Source: the human T2T-CHM13v2.0 reference genome, Homo sapiens. Taken from it: 64,000 bases of DNA. The stretch is taken from NCBI RefSeq assembly GCF_009914755.1, contig NC_060936.1. One strand, 5' to 3'. The position numbers were made by a program, and so were the translations under genes. Shown here in pieces: positions 1 through 49,003 of this stretch (the first letter of the stretch is position 1; each line of letters starts with the position of its first letter). The notes beneath the pieces are model-generated. The model saw only the letters and a list, made by a program, of their open reading frames with translations, was not told the origin of the DNA and searched no databases.

Positions 1-43
1 AATAAGTTCTGGCCAAGCTGAAGTAGCCCATGCAACCTCTTGG

Positions 44-45
<2 letters not shown>

Positions 46-83
<38 letters not shown>
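46..83. repeat. (GT)19 microsatellite
   Basis: Direct reading. Confidence 0.95.
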
Positions 84-89
<6 letters not shown>

Positions 90-296
90 TGGAGGCTTGC
101 TCTGTTGCCCAGGCTAGAGTATAGTGGCATGATTACAGTTCACTGCAAACTTGAACTCCTGGGCTCAAGCGATCCTCCGGCCTCAGCCTTCGAGTAGTTA
201 CGATTACAGGGGTGAGCTACAGTGCCCAGTCCAGGCAGTTTTCTTAAAGGGAGAGGGCAAACATTTATCTTTCTTTTCTCCCTCCTGCTGATAGGA

Positions 297-2950
<2,654 letters not shown>

Positions 2951-3028
2951 TGAAGTACAGGTGTAATGACTGGTCCTAGAACCATCATGTTGACCCCAGC
3001 AAGCGACCCTGTGCCACTTTTGGACCCC

Positions 3029-3800
3029 TGTTATGGGTTGGCTTGTGTGCCCTCCAAAGAGATATGTTAAAGTCCTGCCCCTGGGCCAGGTGCGGTGGCT
3101 CACGCCTGTAATCCCAGCACTTTGGGAGGCTGAGGTGGGCGGATCATCTGAGGTCAGGAGTTCAAGACCAGCCTGGCCAAATGGTGAAACCCTGTCTCTA
3201 CTAACAATAACAAAAATTAGCCTGCCATAGTACCCAGCACCTGTAATCCCAAATACTCCGGAAGCTGAGGCAGGAAAATCCCTTGAACCTGGGAGGCAGA
3301 GGCTGCAGTGAGCCGCGATCGCACCTCTGCACTCCAGCGACAGAGCAAGACTTCATCTCAAAAAATAAAATAAAATAAAATAAAATAAAAAAGTCCTGCC
3401 TCCCAGCGCCTTGGAATGGGATCTTAGGAAACAGGGTCTTTACAGAAGTAATTGAGGAGGTCAGTGGGGGTAGGCCTGACTCCAATATGATGGGAACCTT
3501 CTGAAAAGGAAGTTTGGGCACAGACACGTGTGGACACACAGGACAGATGCCATAAAGGGAGAATCCATGGGAACAGGGAGGACGGGGTGCATATGCAATC
3601 TAATGAATGCCTGGGGACACCAGAAGCTGGGAGGGGAGCAAGGAACAGTTTCTCCCCTGGAGTCTTCAGAGGGACCAGGGCCCTGCTGACACCTTCACCT
3701 CAGACTTCAGCCCCACAACTGTGAGACAATACATTTCTCTTCTTCAAATCCACCCAGGTTTTTGGTAGTTTGTTATAGCAGACCTAGGAAACTAATAAAA
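3029..3800 (+). mobile_element. MLT1 (MaLR) LTR with an Alu inserted at 3083-3392
   Basis: TGTTATGGGTTG...gttaaagtcct start and gtttgttatagcag...ctaata end; TSD aaagtcctgcc around the Alu. Confidence 0.7.
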
Positions 3801-4060
3801 ACCACCTACTTTTGGTTTTTGTTTGTTTGTTTTTTGAGACAGTGTTTCACTCCCATCACCCAGGGTGGAGTGCAGTGGCGTGATCTCGGCTCACTACAAC
3901 TTCCACTTCCTGGGCTCAAGTGATCCTTTTGCCTCAGCCTCCTGAGTAGCCGGGACTACACGCATGCACCACCATACCCAGCTAATTTTTTTTTTTTTTA
4001 AGTAGAGACAGGGTTTCACCATATTGGCCAGCCTGGTCTCAAACTCCTGACCTCAAGTGA

Positions 4061-4363
<303 letters not shown>

Positions 4364-4790
4364 TTTTTTTTTTTTTTTGAGACAGGGTCTTGCTCTGTTG
4401 CCCAGGCTGGAGTATAATAGTGTGATCTTGGCTCACTGCAGCCTTGACCTCCCGGGCTCATGTGTGTGCCACCATGCCCAGCTAATCTTTGATTTTTTGT
4501 AGGGTTTCGCTATGTTGCCCAGGCTGATCTTGAACTCCTGGGCTCAAGCTGTCCTCCTGCCACGGCCTCCCAAAGTGCTAGGATCACACGCATGAACCTC
4601 CATGCCTGGCCCGAAGCTCTTTCATGTATTGATCGTTCTGATTCATCACACTAGTATTTCTCACACATGGCAACTCTCTGGCTGCTGAGAATTTGTCCTT
4701 GGTTTCTGCTTGAGAAGCACTTCATTTAGAAGTTGCTTTAGGCCTAGCATGGTGGCTGGAAGGCCCAGGAAGGTGGATCACCTGAGGTCA

Positions 4791-5042
<252 letters not shown>

Positions 5043-5502
5043 CTAGGTGCAATGGCTCACTCCTGTAATCCCAGTACTTTGGGAGACCAAGGCAGACAGA
5101 TTGCTTGAGCCCAGGAGTTTGAGGCCAGCCTGGGCCACACAGCAAGACCTTGTTTCTACAAAAAAAATTTTTTTAATTAGCCAGGCATGGTGCCATGCCC
5201 CTGTAGTCCAGCTACTCAGGAGGGAAGATAGCTTGAGCCCAGGAGTTTGAGAGTGTAGTGAGCCGTGATTGCGTCACTGCGCTCCAGCCTGGGCAGCAGA
5301 GCATGACCCTGTCTCTTAAATAAATAAATAGAAATAGAAATAGAGTCAGGCATGGTGGCACATGCCAGCCAGTAGTCCCAGCTACCCAGGACACTGATGT
5401 TGGAGGGGGGGTATCCCTTGAGCCCTGGAATTTGAGGCCAGCCTGGGCAATATAGCAAGACCTATCTCAAAAAGATAAAAATTCAAAATAGCAGTGACTT
5501 TA

Positions 5503-5910
<408 letters not shown>

Positions 5911-6559
5911 TTAAAAAAAAGATCTTAATGTCTGATTTTTCATTATCATTGAAATGAAAGCAGAAAATATAAAAATTTATCAGGGCCAGGCACAGCGGCT
6001 CACGCTTGTAATCCCAGCACTTAGGGAGGCCAAGGCGGGCAATCACTTGAGGCCAGGAATTCCAGACCAGCCTGGGCAACGTGGCAAAATCCTGTCTTTA
6101 CTGAAAAAAAAAAAAAAAAAATTAGCCGGGTGTGGTGGCGTGCACCCGTGATCCCAGCTACTCAGAGGCTGAGTTGGGAGGATCACTTGGGCCTGGGAGG
6201 TCGAGGCTGCAGTCAGCCAAGAGTTCACCACTGCTCTCTAGCCTGGACAACAGAGAGACCCCCCGTCTCAAAAAAAAATAATTATGTGGAGAACTTGTGG
6301 ATTTCTGAGAGACAATTTGTCTGTAAACTCTGTGTTGAGAACTATTGCTATAGCATAGCCCTATATAGTAATATAGTATAGTAGAGTTTACTGTAGGGTT
6401 GACTGTACTCAGTGTCTGGCGAGATAAGGCCAATGTTGACTATGAAATGCTCATCTCATTCTGGAAGTCTCGGACTCCTCAGAGATCACAGAAAACAGGA
6501 AAAGATGAACATGGATGCAATTCTTTGGAAAAGATTCTGCCTGTCTGTAAGGATGAGAA

Positions 6560-6985
6560 TCAGCTAACTGGGGCCTTCCACAAAGTCCCTCAAACTGGGT
6601 GGCTTAATCAGCAGAAATGTAGAAACATATTCTCTCAGTTCTCAGTTTTGTTTTGTTTTTTTGAGACAGAGTCTCACTCTGTTGCCCAGGCTGGAGTGCA
6701 ATGGCACGACCTCAGCTCACTGCAACCTTGGCCTCCTAAAGTCCTGGGATTACAGGGGTGAGCCACTGAGCCCAGCCATATTCTCTCAGCTTTCAAGGCT
6801 AGAATTCCCAGGTTGGCTCCTTCTGGGCACTCTGAGGGACGGGCTGTTCCATGCCTCTCTCACAGCTTCTGGCATTCCTTGGCTCATAGATGCATCACTC
6901 CAGTCTCTGCCTCCATCTCCACATCGCTTTCTGCCTCCATCTCTCTGTGCCAGATTTCCCTCTTCTTATAAAGACATCAGTCTTA
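6560..6985 (-). mobile_element. MLT1 LTR fragment (with an Alu piece)
   Basis: caaactgggtggctt...cagaaat...attctctcagttct and cttcttataaagacatcagtc motifs. Confidence 0.6.
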
Positions 6986-7329
6986 TAAAGGCGCAGTGGC
7001 TCATGCCTGCAATCCTAGCACTTTGGGAGACTGAAGTGGGAGGATCTCTTGAGCCCAGGAGTTTGAGACTCACCCAGGCAGCAAGGCAAGACTCTGTCTC
7101 TATAAAAAATTTAAAAATTAGCTGGGCATGGTGGTGCTTACCTGTGGTCTCAGATACTTGGGAGGCTGAGACGGGAGGATCACTTGAGCCCAGGAGGTAG
7201 AGGCTGCAGTGAGCGATGTTTATGTCACTGTGCTCCAGCCTGGGCAGCAAAGGGAGATCCTGTCTTAAAAAAAAAAACTGGGCTGTAAAATCGAGCTTGT
7301 GTCTGTAATCCCAGCACTTTGGGAGGCTA

Positions 7330-7596
<267 letters not shown>

Positions 7597-7894
7597 CTAA
7601 CAGAATGTATTCAGTATTCAATTAAAAGACATTTTGGTTCAAAAAAATTAAAATTTAAAAAATTAGCCTGACAACATGGTCAAACTCCATCTTTACAAAA
7701 AATAAAAAAATTAGCCTGGCATGGTGGTGTACACCTGTTGTCCCAGCTACTCAGGAGTCTGAAGTGGGAAGATCTCTTGAGCCTGGGAGATGGAGGTTGC
7801 ATTGAGCCAAGATTTTGCCACTGCACTCCAGCCTGAGCAACAGAGAGAGACCCTGTCTCAAAAAAAAATTATTTTTTAATTAAAAATCAATACA

Positions 7895-8180
7895 AGAAAT
7901 GGTTGAAAAAGGAGAAAGCTACTGACCAATATTTTAATAAACATAGATACAAAATCCTCACCAAAATACTAGCAAACTGTATCCACCAATATATAAAAAG
8001 GATTAAACAATATGATCAAATGTGATAGAATACAAGGTTGGTTCAACATCTGAAAATCAATTAATGTAATACATTGAATCAATAGAATGGACAAAAACTG
8101 CATGATAATCTCAATACGGAAAATGTATTTGACAAAACTCAATACTCCTTCTTGATAAAAATACTCAACAAACTGGGAAA
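7895..8180 (+). mobile_element. Degenerate L1 ORF2 (RT domain) fragment
   Basis: Resembles the L1 NIDAKILNKILAN...QGWFNI.KSINVI...FDK.Q...KTLNKLG coding stretch with stops and indels. Confidence 0.8.
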
Positions 8181-8350
8181 TGAATACCACCCATTCCTAC
8201 CATAACTGATGAATATTCAGTGGATCATTTATGTTTTGTGCCTGCAGTTATTTACCTATTCCTTTGTAAAACACACTTGGTCGCAATTTCTTCTAAAGAG
8301 CACAACAAGGCCTATCTTTATCTAAACATCCTAAAAACACTCAGGAGTGA

Positions 8351-8515
<165 letters not shown>

Positions 8516-8532
8516 TGAGACCATCCTGACTA

Positions 8533-8793
<261 letters not shown>

Positions 8794-9076
8794 TTATGAT
8801 GAAGGAAGCTCAAGTAAGGGCAAAACACAGACCAAGGAGTTGGAAGGATGGCTGGGTGCAGTGGCTCTGGCCTGTAATGCCAGCACTTTGGGAGGCTGAG
8901 GCAGAAGGATTGCTTGAGCCCAGGAGTTCAAGAGCAGCCTGGGCAACAAACTGAGACCCCATGTCTACAAAAATAAAAATGAGGCTGGGCGCAGTGGCTC
9001 ACGCCTGTAATCCCAGCACTTTGGGAGGTCGAGGTGGGAGGATCACAAGGTCAGGAGATCCAGACCATCCTGGCTA

Positions 9077-9340
<264 letters not shown>

Positions 9341-9584
9341 TTAGCCCCAGCTCCTTGGGAGGCCGGGCAGGAGGATAGCGAGAGCCCAGGTGTTCGAGGC
9401 TATAGTGAGCTATGATCACATCACTGCACTGAAGCCTGGGCAACAGAGCAACACCCTTTCTCTAAAAAAAAAAAGAGTTGGAAGGAACCTTAGTGATCAC
9501 TGAGTTCAAACTCTTACCCTGAGCACCAATCTACTTAGACCTCAGCCAATCTCTAAAAGGTAATATACAAGTAGGCTATTTTAA

Positions 9585-9776
<192 letters not shown>

Positions 9777-10617
9777 TAGAGACAGGTCTCGAACCTTGCT
9801 ATGTTGCCAAGACTGGTCTCAAACTACTGGCCTCAACCTATCCTCTTGTCTTGGCCTCCCAAAGCATTGGGATTACAGGCGTGAGCCACCACATCCAGCC
9901 CTGCTGCAAGGTTCTTAACTGGGGGTCCACGGACCTTCTGGATAGAATTCAGGGAAATTTGACATTTCCTTCAATTATGACTGTAGGCAAACATTCTGTT
10001 TCTACCACATGCCTGCTATGCCTGTCCTAATCCTTGACTCTCTAAAGTCATGAACCCTATTAGATTTCAACTACCCTCATATAGTAGGTGTTCAGTATTC
10101 CTCCAAATGTTCTAAATAAAAACTTAGTAGAATGGGCCAGTACAATGAACAGAGTTGTAATTGGTTTGAAGAATCCAAGATCAGGACTGTGGTAGGAACA
10201 GAAGGAAACTTGTTCCAAGTCTGTGAGAAATTTGCCCCAGGTCCAATCCCACAACCTGTTCCAATCCAGTTTCATTTGTCATTCTCACTTATGACTAATG
10301 AATTTGCTTCCATGACGGAAAACATTAAGAAATCACTCTGGCATGAGGTCACCCTACAAAGGAGCAATCTCAGCTGCCCGGAATGTCAGCGTTCAGTAAG
10401 GGCCACACCCCTTGCCTTTTCAGTAATTCCTCCTATTACAAAATTCCAAATGCAGCCATATTGTTGATAGGAAATTTTGTTTAAAAAATACATTTCTTAG
10501 GCCGGGCGCGGTAGCTCGTGCCTGTAATCCCAGCACTTTGGGAGGCTGAGGTGGCGGATCACAAGGTCAGGAGTTCAAGACCAGCCTGGCCAACATGGTG
10601 AAACCCCATCTCTACTA

Positions 10618-10842
<225 letters not shown>

Positions 10843-11023
10843 TTATAATTCTGACACTGTGGGAGGCTAAGGCGGGTGGATCTCCTGAGCCCAGGAGTTA
10901 AAGACCAGCCTGGGTAATGTAGGGAGACCCCATCACAATGAAAATTATTAACATAAGCCAGGTGTGGTGACACATGCCTGTTGTCCCTGCTATTTAAGAG
11001 GTTGAGGTAGGAGGATTGTTTGA

Positions 11024-11446
<423 letters not shown>

Positions 11447-11449
11447 CTA

Positions 11450-11623
<174 letters not shown>

Positions 11624-11814
11624 TTATTTAGTTTTTGGTCTCATAAAGACAGGTACACAGGTATGGCACAGTGGCTCATGGCTGTAATCCCAGCACTTTG
11701 GGAAGAAAATATTATTAAAATAAAAGTTATTTTTACTTTTGTAGAGCGGGGCTTCACCATGTTGCCCAGGCTGTCCTGAACTCCTGAGCTCAAGCAGTCC
11801 TCCTGCTCCTGTGA

Positions 11815-12042
<228 letters not shown>

Positions 12043-12504
12043 TAGCCAGGATGGTCTCGATCTCCTGACCTCGTGATCCGCCCGCCTCGGCCTCCCAAGG
12101 TGCTGGGATTACAGGCGTGAGCCACCAAGCCCGGTGCACTTAACATTTTTAAAGGTAAACCTTTTAGTACTGTGGAAATGTGTGCATAGGATGCAGTCCT
12201 AGATGATGACGCCGGGCACGGTGGCTCACGCCTGTAATCCCAGCAATTTGGGAGGGAGAGGCGGGCAGATCACTTGAGGTCAGGAGTTCTAGACCAGCCT
12301 GGCCAACATGTTGAAACCTCATGACTACTAAAAATAAAAAAATTAGCCAGGCATGGTGGCGGGGGCCTGTAATCCCAGCTACTCGGGAGGCTGAGGCAGA
12401 ATTTCTTGAATCAGGGAAAGGGAGGTTGCAGTGAGCTGAGACTGGGCCACTGCACTCCAACCTGGGTGACAGAGTGAGACTCCGTCTCAAAAGAAAAAAA
12501 AAAA

Positions 12505-12977
12505 AAAGAATTCAGGGCAAGTCCATAAAGTGAAAGGCAGTTTATTAGGAAAGAATGGCTGTTCCATAGGCAGAGCAGCCCCAGGGCTGCTGGTTGCCCA
12601 TTTTTATGGTTATTTCTTGATGATATGCCAAACAAGGGGTGAATTATTCTTGCCTCCCCGTTTTAGACCATATAGGGTAACTTCCTAATGTCGCCATGGC
12701 ATTTGTAAACTGTCATGGTACTGATGGGAGTCTAGCATTGAGGACAACCAGAGATCACTGTCGTGGCCATCGTGGTTTTGGTGGGTTTTAGCTGGCTACT
12801 TTACTGCAACCTGTTTTATCAGCAAGGTCTTTATGACACGTATCTTGTGCTGACCTCCTATCTCATCCTGTGACTTAGAATGCCTAATCATCTAGGAATG
12901 CAGCCCAGTAGGTCTCAGCCTCATTTTACCCAGCCTCTATACGAGATAGAGTCGCTCTGGTTTAAACGTCTCTGACA
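12505..12977 (-). mobile_element. MER41A-like ERV1 solo LTR, 3'-truncated at an Alu
   Basis: Minus strand begins TGTCAGAGACGTTTAAACCAGAGCGACTC...GGCTGGGTAAAATGAGGCTGAGACCTACTGGGCTGCATTCC (MER41 5' end); lacks the GAS-containing segment. Confidence 0.8.
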
Positions 12978-13065
12978 CAAGCAACTTGCGTACTAAAGGT
13001 TGTTACAACACCCTTGCTGGTTTTGCCTGCTAATGATAATCCACAAATTCTAAAGATTTACCTAG

Positions 13066-13744
<679 letters not shown>

Positions 13745-14218
13745 TCAAGACAGAAAAAAGCAAAATGATTCCAGCCGAGAACTTGAAGAATAAAATCAAC
13801 CAGGAGGACGCTTCATGTTAGTAGAAAGTGGACGGCATTTTCACCATGTAAGGAAATGTGACCTTTTGAAAAAAGAACGAGGTCGTTTTCTATTTTAATA
13901 AGGGCAGTTCCTTCTTTCCACTTACCTGCTTCTAGGAGACAACAACAAAGAGCTGGCCTTGTTTTAGCAACCTGCACTGCAGTTTACATTCCCTTTAACC
14001 CAAGACAAAGATTAAAGAGATATCCCCACCCCTGCTCCAAGTCAATCTTGAAGGACAAACGTCTGGTTCTTACCTCATCTACCCACACCTGGAACCTGTC
14101 ATGGCATGGGCAAGTTGAAACAGTAACTTGTTCCTCCACCCAACAGTCTTGCAATACTCCAAAACAGCAAACAATACTTCTTTATTTTATTACTTTAATT
14201 AATTAATTTATTTTTTGA

Positions 14219-14515
<297 letters not shown>

Positions 14516-15127
14516 TAAAATGGGGCACCTGCCGGCCGGACGCGGTGGCTCATGCCTGTAATCCCAGCACTTTGGGAGGCCGAGGCGGGCAGATCACGGG
14601 GTCAGAAGATCGAGACCATCCTGGCTAACACAGTGAAACCCTGTCTCTACTAAAAATACAAAAAAAATAGCCGGGCGTGGTGGCGGGCGCCTGTAGTCCC
14701 CGCTAGTCGGGAGGCTGAGGCAGGAATATGTCATGAACCCGGGAGGCGGAGCTTGCAGTGAGCCAAGATAGCGCCACTGCACTCCAGCCTGGGCGACAGA
14801 GCGAGACTCCGTCTCAAAAATAAAATAAAATAAATAAAAATAATAAATAAATAAATAAATAGGGCACCCGCTCGAGGCAATTACTTCCTGCTTTATGCGC
14901 TCCCTCCCATAAATGGTCTCCTCTGTTCAGTTCATTCAGACTTCTGCTTTAGGAATTATCTTCTTAAAAAACCACTTGGAGGAGGGCGCTCTCCACTGAA
15001 AGATCTTTAGCAGACTCTTTTCCCTAATAAAATTCAGACCACAGAGCAAAGCAATCCAGAGTTCTTAGCATCAATGAATACGCCGCTCTTAATTTAAAAC
15101 TTTTTTTTACCATTCTGCATTTCTTGA

Positions 15128-15379
<252 letters not shown>

Positions 15380-15890
15380 TAGCCAGGATGGTCTCGATCT
15401 CCTAACCTCGTGATCCACCCGCCTCGGCCTTCCAAAGTGCTGGGATTACAGGCGTGAGCCACCACATCCGGCCTTTCTATACATTTCAATGTGCATTTTT
15501 GTCTATGAATCCTCCTACCTACGCTTTAAGGATTAGTTCAATGGTTACCTATTTCCAGAAGTCTTCAAATACCCTCCAAATGAATAGTAAATCCAGTGGT
15601 CCGGAGAATTTGAAGTCAGTCCTCCACAGGTGATTCTCTCACCACCACAAAATGGCCCAAGTACCTTGCCTTCCTCTCATGGCTGCCAGCTGAATCGTAT
15701 TGTAATTGAGAGGGAACCCTCTATTTTCTCCTGGTACTGGATAAGCTCCTTAAAGGCAGATTCCAGCACTTTTTTTCCCCCTCGAGACAGAGTCTCACTG
15801 TCGCCCAGGCTGGAGTGCAGTGGCCTGATCTCTGCTCTCTGCAGCCTCCGCCTCCCGGGTTCAAGTGATTTCTGTGCCTCAGCCTCCTGA

Positions 15891-16247
<357 letters not shown>

Positions 16248-16747
16248 TAAAATTTTTTTTTTTTTTTAGTAGAGACAGGGTTTCACTGTGTTGGCCAGGA
16301 TGGTCTCGATCTCCTGACCTCGTGATCCACCTTTTTAATGCGGAAAAGCACACTGAAGAACATTTATCAGAAGTATGTCCTCAGTAAGTGGCTGAACAGG
16401 CTGAGTGTGGTGGCTCACACCTGTAATCCCAGCTACTCTGGAGGCTGAGGCAGGAGAATCACTTGAACTTGGGAGGTGGAGGCTGTAGTGAGCTGTGATC
16501 ATGCCACTGTACTCCAGCCTGGGTGACAGAGCGAGACCCTGTCCCCCACTCAACACCCCCCAAAAATTGAACAAATGAAATAGCCCATTTTTTGAGAATC
16601 AGTGCTTTTGGCTGGGCGCCCGGTGGCTCACACTTATAATCCCAGCACTGTGGGAGGCAAGAGGTGGGCAGATCACCTGAGGTCGGGAGTTCGAGACCAG
16701 CCTGACCAACATGAAGAAACCCCGTCTCTACTAAAAATACAAAATTA

Positions 16748-17170
<423 letters not shown>

Positions 17171-18032
17171 AACTATTAAGAGACCTCTGGTATTCACAGG
17201 TGACTCTACTAATGCAGTACTTCTTAAAGGGACATTTAAACAACTACTGCTCTGATTTAGGGAATAGTCAAGTCTTTAGTTGAACACTCACCTTAAGAAC
17301 CACTTCTGGAATGTCGACAAGTTCCTTTAACCTCTCTCTGCCTCCCTTTCCTTACTTCCAAGTGGTGATAATAATTTGCCTGACAGAAATGCTGAGCGAG
17401 ATCAGGTTAAAAACACTATGTAAACAACTGTAAAGGATTGCTTTTATTTTGAACTTAAGCTGAGGAAAAGAAGCCAAAAGTATTTTAAATTTTATTCTAT
17501 TTCTAGCACATTCTGTGAGGGCTTTAAAAAGAAATTTCTCTCTTTATAATTTTCCTTTCCTTTATTCTTTACAGAACAGTAAATTCTGATTACTCAAGTT
17601 CTCAAAAATGAAAGCTATATCTGGAATGTTTCTATTTTGCTCCCCCTGTTGGCCTGAGAGCAGGATAACACTGCCTGAGACTAACAATTCAAGACGATCT
17701 AAACATTTATTTTCATGGACTTGACTAATATAAAGATGTAATGGCATTCCACAGAAAGACCTAAACCACAGTTTCAGCTCTATCTTATATATATACCTGA
17801 CAATTAAAAGCAGTATGTTTATGTTTAATTTTTAATTTTTAACTATTAGGGTTCAAATCTAGAAAATTATTTTTATACAAAGGCTAGCTGCATGCCATTC
17901 ATTTTTCAAAATAATTACTTTTCAAAAATTCTGCTGTTTCTATATTTAAGGCTGAAATCCACTGAAAACACCCAAACTTGCAATTCCTATCATTATTTTT
18001 GTTTTGCTACCACTGATTTTTACAATTTACCT

Positions 18033-18345
<313 letters not shown>

Positions 18346-18368
18346 TAAACTTAAAAGTTATATGCACC

Positions 18369-18705
<337 letters not shown>

Positions 18706-18737
18706 TCAAAGTCTTAGATTATGTATATGAAAACTAA

Positions 18738-18743
18738 TTTATT
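18738..18743 (-). terminator. Proximal poly(A) signal AATAAA of ZCCHC8
   Basis: tttatt on + strand ~580 nt past the stop codon; TGTA motifs upstream on the minus strand. Confidence 0.6.
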
Positions 18744-19322
18744 AAACCTCTGTACACAAAGATGAACATACCTGTATAGCAAGCATATATGAAGGATGAA
18801 GTTACAAAAAAGTAAAAGTATTACTAAAATTGACACATGTAAATCACTTACAAAAATACCCCAAATGGGATAAAGCTGCTCATCCCTGATTTTTCTCATT
18901 TGGTTGTAGGAGTTGAAACATGAATTTAAAATGGTAGAATTTTTTCTTTTAAAAAGTGATATATTAAACTTATATACAGGATAATTAGCAAAATGTAGAA
19001 AGGGAAAACAATGTACAAAAGACAGATAAAAACCATCACTCTCGACGGATAGTCACAATCCAAAAATAGTATAAACCTTAACAAACCCTCTCTAAACCAG
19101 GTCATATTCACATCTCCCCCCAAGTTTTGTCAGTGAGAATAAAATATACTGAACTAGTGAGCTCAGTCTTTCTTTAAAATAGGCTTGACTTTGGAACATG
19201 AACCTTGGATAGATTTTTAAACATGGGAGGGACAAACAGGAAAACCATTCTATCTATCCACTTAATTAGTACTAATTAACGGAACAAAGTTATTAAATAG
19301 CTCTCAGTGCTAAGTCAAGCCA

Positions 19323-46649
<27,327 letters not shown>

Positions 46650-47119
46650 TTTGGGCTGTGGAAAAGATTCGAGAAGAGGCGGAGCCGGCCACCAGGGCTT
46701 GGGGAAGAAGGTTGGAAGGCGGCACCACTCTCTAGAGCTCTGGCCGCACGGAGCCACCCGCTAGGGTTTTCTCCAGACGCAGGCCGCGAAAGCTGCACAC
46801 GGGGCGGGGCCAGTCGCTAGAGACTACAACTCCCGGAATGCAGCGGGGCCTATCGGGCTTGCGATTGCCCGGAGGACGGCATGCTGGGACGTGTGGTTTC
46901 TAAGCGACTGGTACTCATTGTCTGCATTGCATCCTGGGATTGGTGCTTTTTGAAATGTGAAGAAAGCTGGAGTAGGTCAGAATGCGCTAAAGCAATCTGG
47001 GGGCAGGGCGGGGTGGCTCACACCTGTAATACCAACTACTCGGGAGGCAGAGGTGGGAGGATCACGTGAGCCCAGGAGTTGGAGACCACCCTGGGCAACA
47101 GAGCGAGACCCAGACACTA

Positions 47120-47311
<192 letters not shown>

Positions 47312-47846
47312 TTAGGCAACTAAGGGTGAAAAATCAGAGCACGACGCATAGCTTCTCACAGATTCTGGTGTGCGTGCCACACCAGAGAATAAGGAACTCC
47401 ATAGCCTGAAAGGGAACTGAATAAAAATAAACATAAAAGAGAATAAGAAACTCCAGCTTTGCTACAGAGATGACTGTTGTAGATTAGTTTATTGAGCTTG
47501 CTTCGTTTTTAATGTAAGATTAGCTAGACTCAACTATTTGTCTGTTGAGGCTTTCTGTCATTCAATCACATTATTTACTTACACCTTCGATGGGCCAGGC
47601 ACTTGTCTAGGACCTGAGTATGGTTACAAGAGTAACCACAATAGAGTAATTCCTCCTCTCACGAAGGCTGTAGTCCACAAAAAGCAACAAAAACCCCATA
47701 ATTATAAATGTTCCTGTTCTTGGGTCGAGATGGTTGTTGATGGATATTGATCACACAAAGAAATGTGGGCCGGGGGCGGTGGCTCACATCTGCAACCCCA
47801 GCACTTTGGGAGGCCGAGGCAGGTGGATCACGAGGTCAGAAATTCA

Positions 47847-48095
<249 letters not shown>

Positions 48096-48584
48096 TTAAC
48101 AAACACCCTAGTCTGTGGGAGTCAGTAAAGTGAGGAAGTGAGACTTTAAGGATCGGCAAAGTTGGGGGTGGGAGGATGGAAGAGTGTCTTAGGTGTAAGG
48201 ACCACCATGTTGAGTGAAAAGGCAGAGTGGAGCAAGATGAGGTTGGAACACTGCTAGGTCAGTGCTCAAAGGCCCTTAAGGAAGCCTCTTTCCGTTTACA
48301 ACATTGGGAAGTCACTTACACATTTTAACATTTTTTTTTTCTTTTTGTGGACAACAGGATCTCCCTATATTGCCCAGGTAGGTCTTGAACTTCTGAGCTA
48401 AAGCTATCCTCCTGCCTCTGCCTCCCTAAATACTGGGATTACAGGAATGACCCACTGTGCCTGGCCATTTAAATTTTTTTTTTTTGAAATTTTATTTTTT
48501 GAGACAGAGTCTCACTGTGTCACCCAGGCTGGAGTGCAGTGGCATGATCTCGGCTCACTGCAACCTCCGCCTCCCAGGTTTACT

Positions 48585-49003
<419 letters not shown>

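Noticed and set aside
14972-14992. CTCF-like GGAGGAGGGCGCTC
   Set aside because: Only the 3' half of the motif matches; unsupported without ChIP data
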